From an uncultured Nitrospiraceae bacterium (GTDB lineage: Bacteria; Nitrospirota; UBA9217): a DNA stretch of 58,092 nt. The stretch is taken from contig CAYILT010000001.1 in assembly GCA_964364055.1 (NCBI GenBank), positions 2,584-60,675 of the forward strand, read 5' to 3'. Of this stretch, positions 55,401-58,092 are shown in pieces (within the stretch, counting starts at the first letter, position 1; every line of letters begins with the position of its first letter). The position numbers were made by a program, and so were the translations under genes. A model generated the notes under the pieces. The model searched no databases. It saw nothing but the letters and a program-made list of their open reading frames with translations, and had not been told where the DNA came from.

Positions 55401-58092
55401 ATGGGGCTGCCGAAAGAAATTGCTGAGCTGATCGAACGTTTTGACCGGAACCTTGATAATTACAAGTCCGGGCAATACAACGAAGCGCAGCTTCGTCAGG
55501 ATTTTCTCAACCCGCTTCTTGGTGCTCTTGGTTGGGACATGACCAACAAAGCGGGCTATGCTGAAGCATACAGGGATGTGATCCACGAAGACGCGATCAA
55601 GATCGGCGGCGCAACAAAGGCCCCGGATTACTGCTTCCGGATCGGCAGCGTGAAGAAGTTCTTTGTTGAAGCGAAAAAGCCAGCCGTCAACCTCAAAGAC
55701 GATGTAAGCCCCGCCTTTCAGCTTCGGCGCTATGCCTGGTCAGCAAAACTCCCGTTAAGCATCCTCACCGACTTCGAGGAATTCGCCGTCTATGATTGCC
55801 GTATCAAACCTGTGCAGACCGACAAGGCATCGACCGGTCGGGTGCTGTACTTCACCTATAAAGATTATCCTGCAAAATGGGATGAACTCGTCAACATATT
55901 TTCCCGCGAAGCCGTGCTCAAGGGGTCCTTTGACAAGTACGCCGAGTCCTCGAAGCTCAAGAAGGGGACGGCAACAGTTGACGATGCATTCCTGAACGAG
56001 ATTGAAGACTGGCGCGATCTCCTCGCGCGAAACATCGCGATCCGAAATCCTGACCTCTCCCAGCGTGAGCTGAACTTTGCCGTGCAGCGCACCATAGACC
56101 GCATTGTGTTCCTGCGTATCTGCGAGGACCGGGGTATTGAGGAGTATGGCAGGCTCCAGACGCAGTTGAACGGTACGAACGTCTACAAGAGGCTCGTGCA
56201 GCTATTCAGCCAGGCCGATGACCGGTACAATTCCGGCCTGTTTCATTTCCAGCGGGAAAAGGAACGGCACGAGGAGCCGGATAAGCTCACCCCGAACATA
56301 TCCATTGACGATAAACCGCTTAAAGACATCATCAACCGGCTTTACTATCCCGAAAGCCCTTATGAATTCTCCGTCCTCTCCGCCGACATTCTCGGCCAGG
56401 TGTACGAACAGTTCCTTGGCAAGGTCATTCGCCTCACAGCAGGACATCAGGCGAAGGTAGAGGAAAAGCCCGAGGTCAGAAAAGCTGGCGGCGTCTATTA
56501 CACGCCGAAGTACATCGTTGATTACATCGTAAAGAATACCGTGGGGAAGCTGGTCGAGGACAAGAAGCCAAAGGAGGTCGAGAAACTGAATATCCTCGAT
56601 CCTGCTTGTGGTTCTGGATCATTCTTACTTGGAGCCTATCAATATCTTCTCGACTGGCACTTGAAATGGTATATCGAAAACGAACCCGATAAATGGGCAA
56701 AGGCAAAACAGCCCTCAATTTATCAAGGCCCATCACCCGATCCCCATACTCCCAATTGGAATCTCACCACATCGGAGAAAAAGCGTATTCTTCTGAACAA
56801 CATCTACGGCGTTGACATCGACTCCCAGGCCGTGGAAGTGACAAAGCTTTCGTTGCTCTTGAAGGTGCTCGAAGGCGAGAGCAACCAAACCCTTGCGAAC
56901 CAGCTTCGCATGTTCCATGAAAGGGCGCTGCCCGATCTTGGAGACAACATCAAGTGTGGCAATTCACTTGTTGGTCCCGACTTCTACCAGCAGCAGACAA
57001 TGTTGGATGACGAGGAACGGTATCGCGTGAATGTCTTTGATTGGGATAAAGAGTTTTCAGCGATCACGAAAGCTGGCGGGTTCGATGCAGTGATTGGAAA
57101 TCCGCCTTATGTGAGGCAGGAATCATTATCCGACTTCAAAGACTATTTCGCATCGCACTATGAAGCGTTCGATGGCGTTGCAGACCTCTACGCTTATATG
57201 ATGGAGCGCAGCGTCAAGCTACTGCGTGAAGGCGGGCGGTTCAGTTTCATTGTATCAAGCAGCTTTCTCCGCACGACCTATGGAGAACCACTTCGCCGAA
57301 CGTTGAAAAAACATGCCGCAGTGCTCAGAATAGTCGATTTCGGCGGCTTACCTGTATTCGCCAATGCCAAAGACACCTATGTCTGTATTCCACTGTTCAC
57401 GAAAGGCAAACAACCGGCGCGAGTGGAAGTAACGAAAATCCCTTCGCTTGAAATACGTGACCTCAATGAATACGTTACCGACAATTCATTTAAAATTCCG
57501 CACGACCGGCTTTCACTCGACGCATGGGCGTTAAAGTCTGATGCAGAAGCCGCAGTCTTCGATAAGGTGATGAAGGCGGGCAAGCCCCTTGGAGAGTATG
57601 TTGACCGGAAGTTTTTTCGCGGCGTAACGACGGGTTTGAATGAGGCATTTGTAATTGATTCAGCCACGCGAAAGGCATTAATCTCCAGGGATAAACGAAG
57701 TGCTGAACTGATCAAGCCGCTGCTTGGCGGAGAAAATATTAAACACTACTTTGTTGAGCCTCCCGATCTCTGGTTAATATTTACTCGGCGCGGTGTCGAT
57801 ATCAACCGTTACCCGGCAATCCGGGAGCACTTGGAAAAATATAAAGCTGATCTGACTCCTAAAAAAACGTCAAAGGATAAGGTCGGGAGAAAGCCGGGCC
57901 GTTATGAATGGTATGAAATTCAGGATGATGTTGCCTATCATCCGATATTCGACGGACCGAAGATCATCTTTCCCGATATCTGCAAAGGTCCACGATTCTA
58001 TCTTGATCGAAGCGGTGTCTATCTTGCCAACACAGCGTACTGCCTTGGTGTTGATGATCCTTATTTGCTCGGGATTCTGAATAGCAAGTTGT
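55401..58092 (+). CDS. Type IIG restriction-modification enzyme (fused PD-ExK nuclease, N6-adenine methyltransferase and specificity region), 3' end off-window
   Basis: I read this frame codon by codon from ATG 55401 to the window end (897 codons) and found no stop. It is not in the supplied track. The N-terminus has APDYCF...FFVEAKKP (PD...ExK). It also has SAM motif I LDPACGSGSFL (about 56600), motif IV VIGNPPYV (about 57105) and C-terminal YEWYEIQD / GPKIIFPDI blocks typical of Eco57I/TaqI-type target-recognition regions. Confidence 0.85.
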   Translation, partial: MGLPKEIAELIERFDRNLDNYKSGQYNEAQLRQDFLNPLLGALGWDMTNKAGYAEAYRDVIHEDAIKIGGATKAPDYCFRIGSVKKFFVEAKKPAVNLKDDVSPAFQLRRYAWSAKLPLSILTDFEEFAVYDCRIKPVQTDKASTGRVLYFTYKDYPAKWDELVNIFSREAVLKGSFDKYAESSKLKKGTATVDDAFLNEIEDWRDLLARNIAIRNPDLSQRELNFAVQRTIDRIVFLRICEDRGIEEYGRLQTQLNGTNVYKRLVQLFSQADDRYNSGLFHFQREKERHEEPDKLTPNISIDDKPLKDIINRLYYPESPYEFSVLSADILGQVYEQFLGKVIRLTAGHQAKVEEKPEVRKAGGVYYTPKYIVDYIVKNTVGKLVEDKKPKEVEKLNILDPACGSGSFLLGAYQYLLDWHLKWYIENEPDKWAKAKQPSIYQGPSPDPHTPNWNLTTSEKKRILLNNIYGVDIDSQAVEVTKLSLLLKVLEGESNQTLANQLRMFHERALPDLGDNIKCGNSLVGPDFYQQQTMLDDEERYRVNVFDWDKEFSAITKAGGFDAVIGNPPYVRQESLSDFKDYFASHYEAFDGVADLYAYMMERSVKLLREGGRFSFIVSSSFLRTTYGEPLRRTLKKHAAVLRIVDFGGLPVFANAKDTYVCIPLFTKGKQPARVEVTKIPSLEIRDLNEYVTDNSFKIPHDRLSLDAWALKSDAEAAVFDKVMKAGKPLGEYVDRKFFRGVTTGLNEAFVIDSATRKALISRDKRSAELIKPLLGGENIKHYFVEPPDLWLIFTRRGVDINRYPAIREHLEKYKADLTPKKTSKDKVGRKPGRYEWYEIQDDVAYHPIFDGPKIIFPDICKGPRFYLDRSGVYLANTAYCLGVDDPYLLGILNSKL

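Overview
This is a 58 kb window of GC-rich bacterial chromosome. The gene content is typical of an anaerobe: rubredoxin/rubrerythrin/PerR, multiheme c-type cytochromes, sigma-54 regulators and many small palindromic intergenic repeats. All calls come from reading the six-frame translations and the DNA by eye. No database search was run, so family names rest on motifs I recognise.

Gene content from left to right:
- A 5'-partial DEAD-box helicase.
- A PerR-linked oxidative-stress island: two zinc-finger thioredoxins, an AhpD-like protein, a Fur/PerR regulator, rubredoxin, rubrerythrin and an Isf-like flavoprotein.
- Assorted hydrolases.
- A tri-domain acyl-activating/carrier/acyltransferase gene followed by a patatin lipoprotein.
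- A UbiA prenyltransferase, PepN and a sugar-type ABC transporter.
- A PAS-GGDEF-EAL protein.
- A minus-strand block of sulfotransferase, PhnD-like binding protein, MCP and CheW. It lies divergent from cysQ and a fused ATP-sulfurylase/APS-kinase, which together form a complete PAPS sulfation module.
- A decayed short chromate-transporter gene, then pirin, flavin-reductase and cupin genes and two rRNA methyltransferases.
- A sensor kinase with a periplasmic CXXCH motif plus a sigma-54 activator.
- An AT-rich leader followed by an outer-membrane barrel gene, an octaheme cytochrome and a dodecaheme lipoprotein cytochrome.
- A decayed third cytochrome abutting a frameshifted transposase.
- ApbE, a MazG-like gene, and a large open-ended Type IIG restriction-modification ORF that is absent from the supplied ORF track.

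The most interesting candidate is the sensor/sigma-54-linked porin-cytochrome-type cluster at 41-51 kb. The self-contained sulfation module at 29-33 kb comes second. At least four families of MITE/REP-like repeats are scattered across the intergenic regions. One sits in-frame inside pepN, and another supplies the stop codon of the tri-domain gene.
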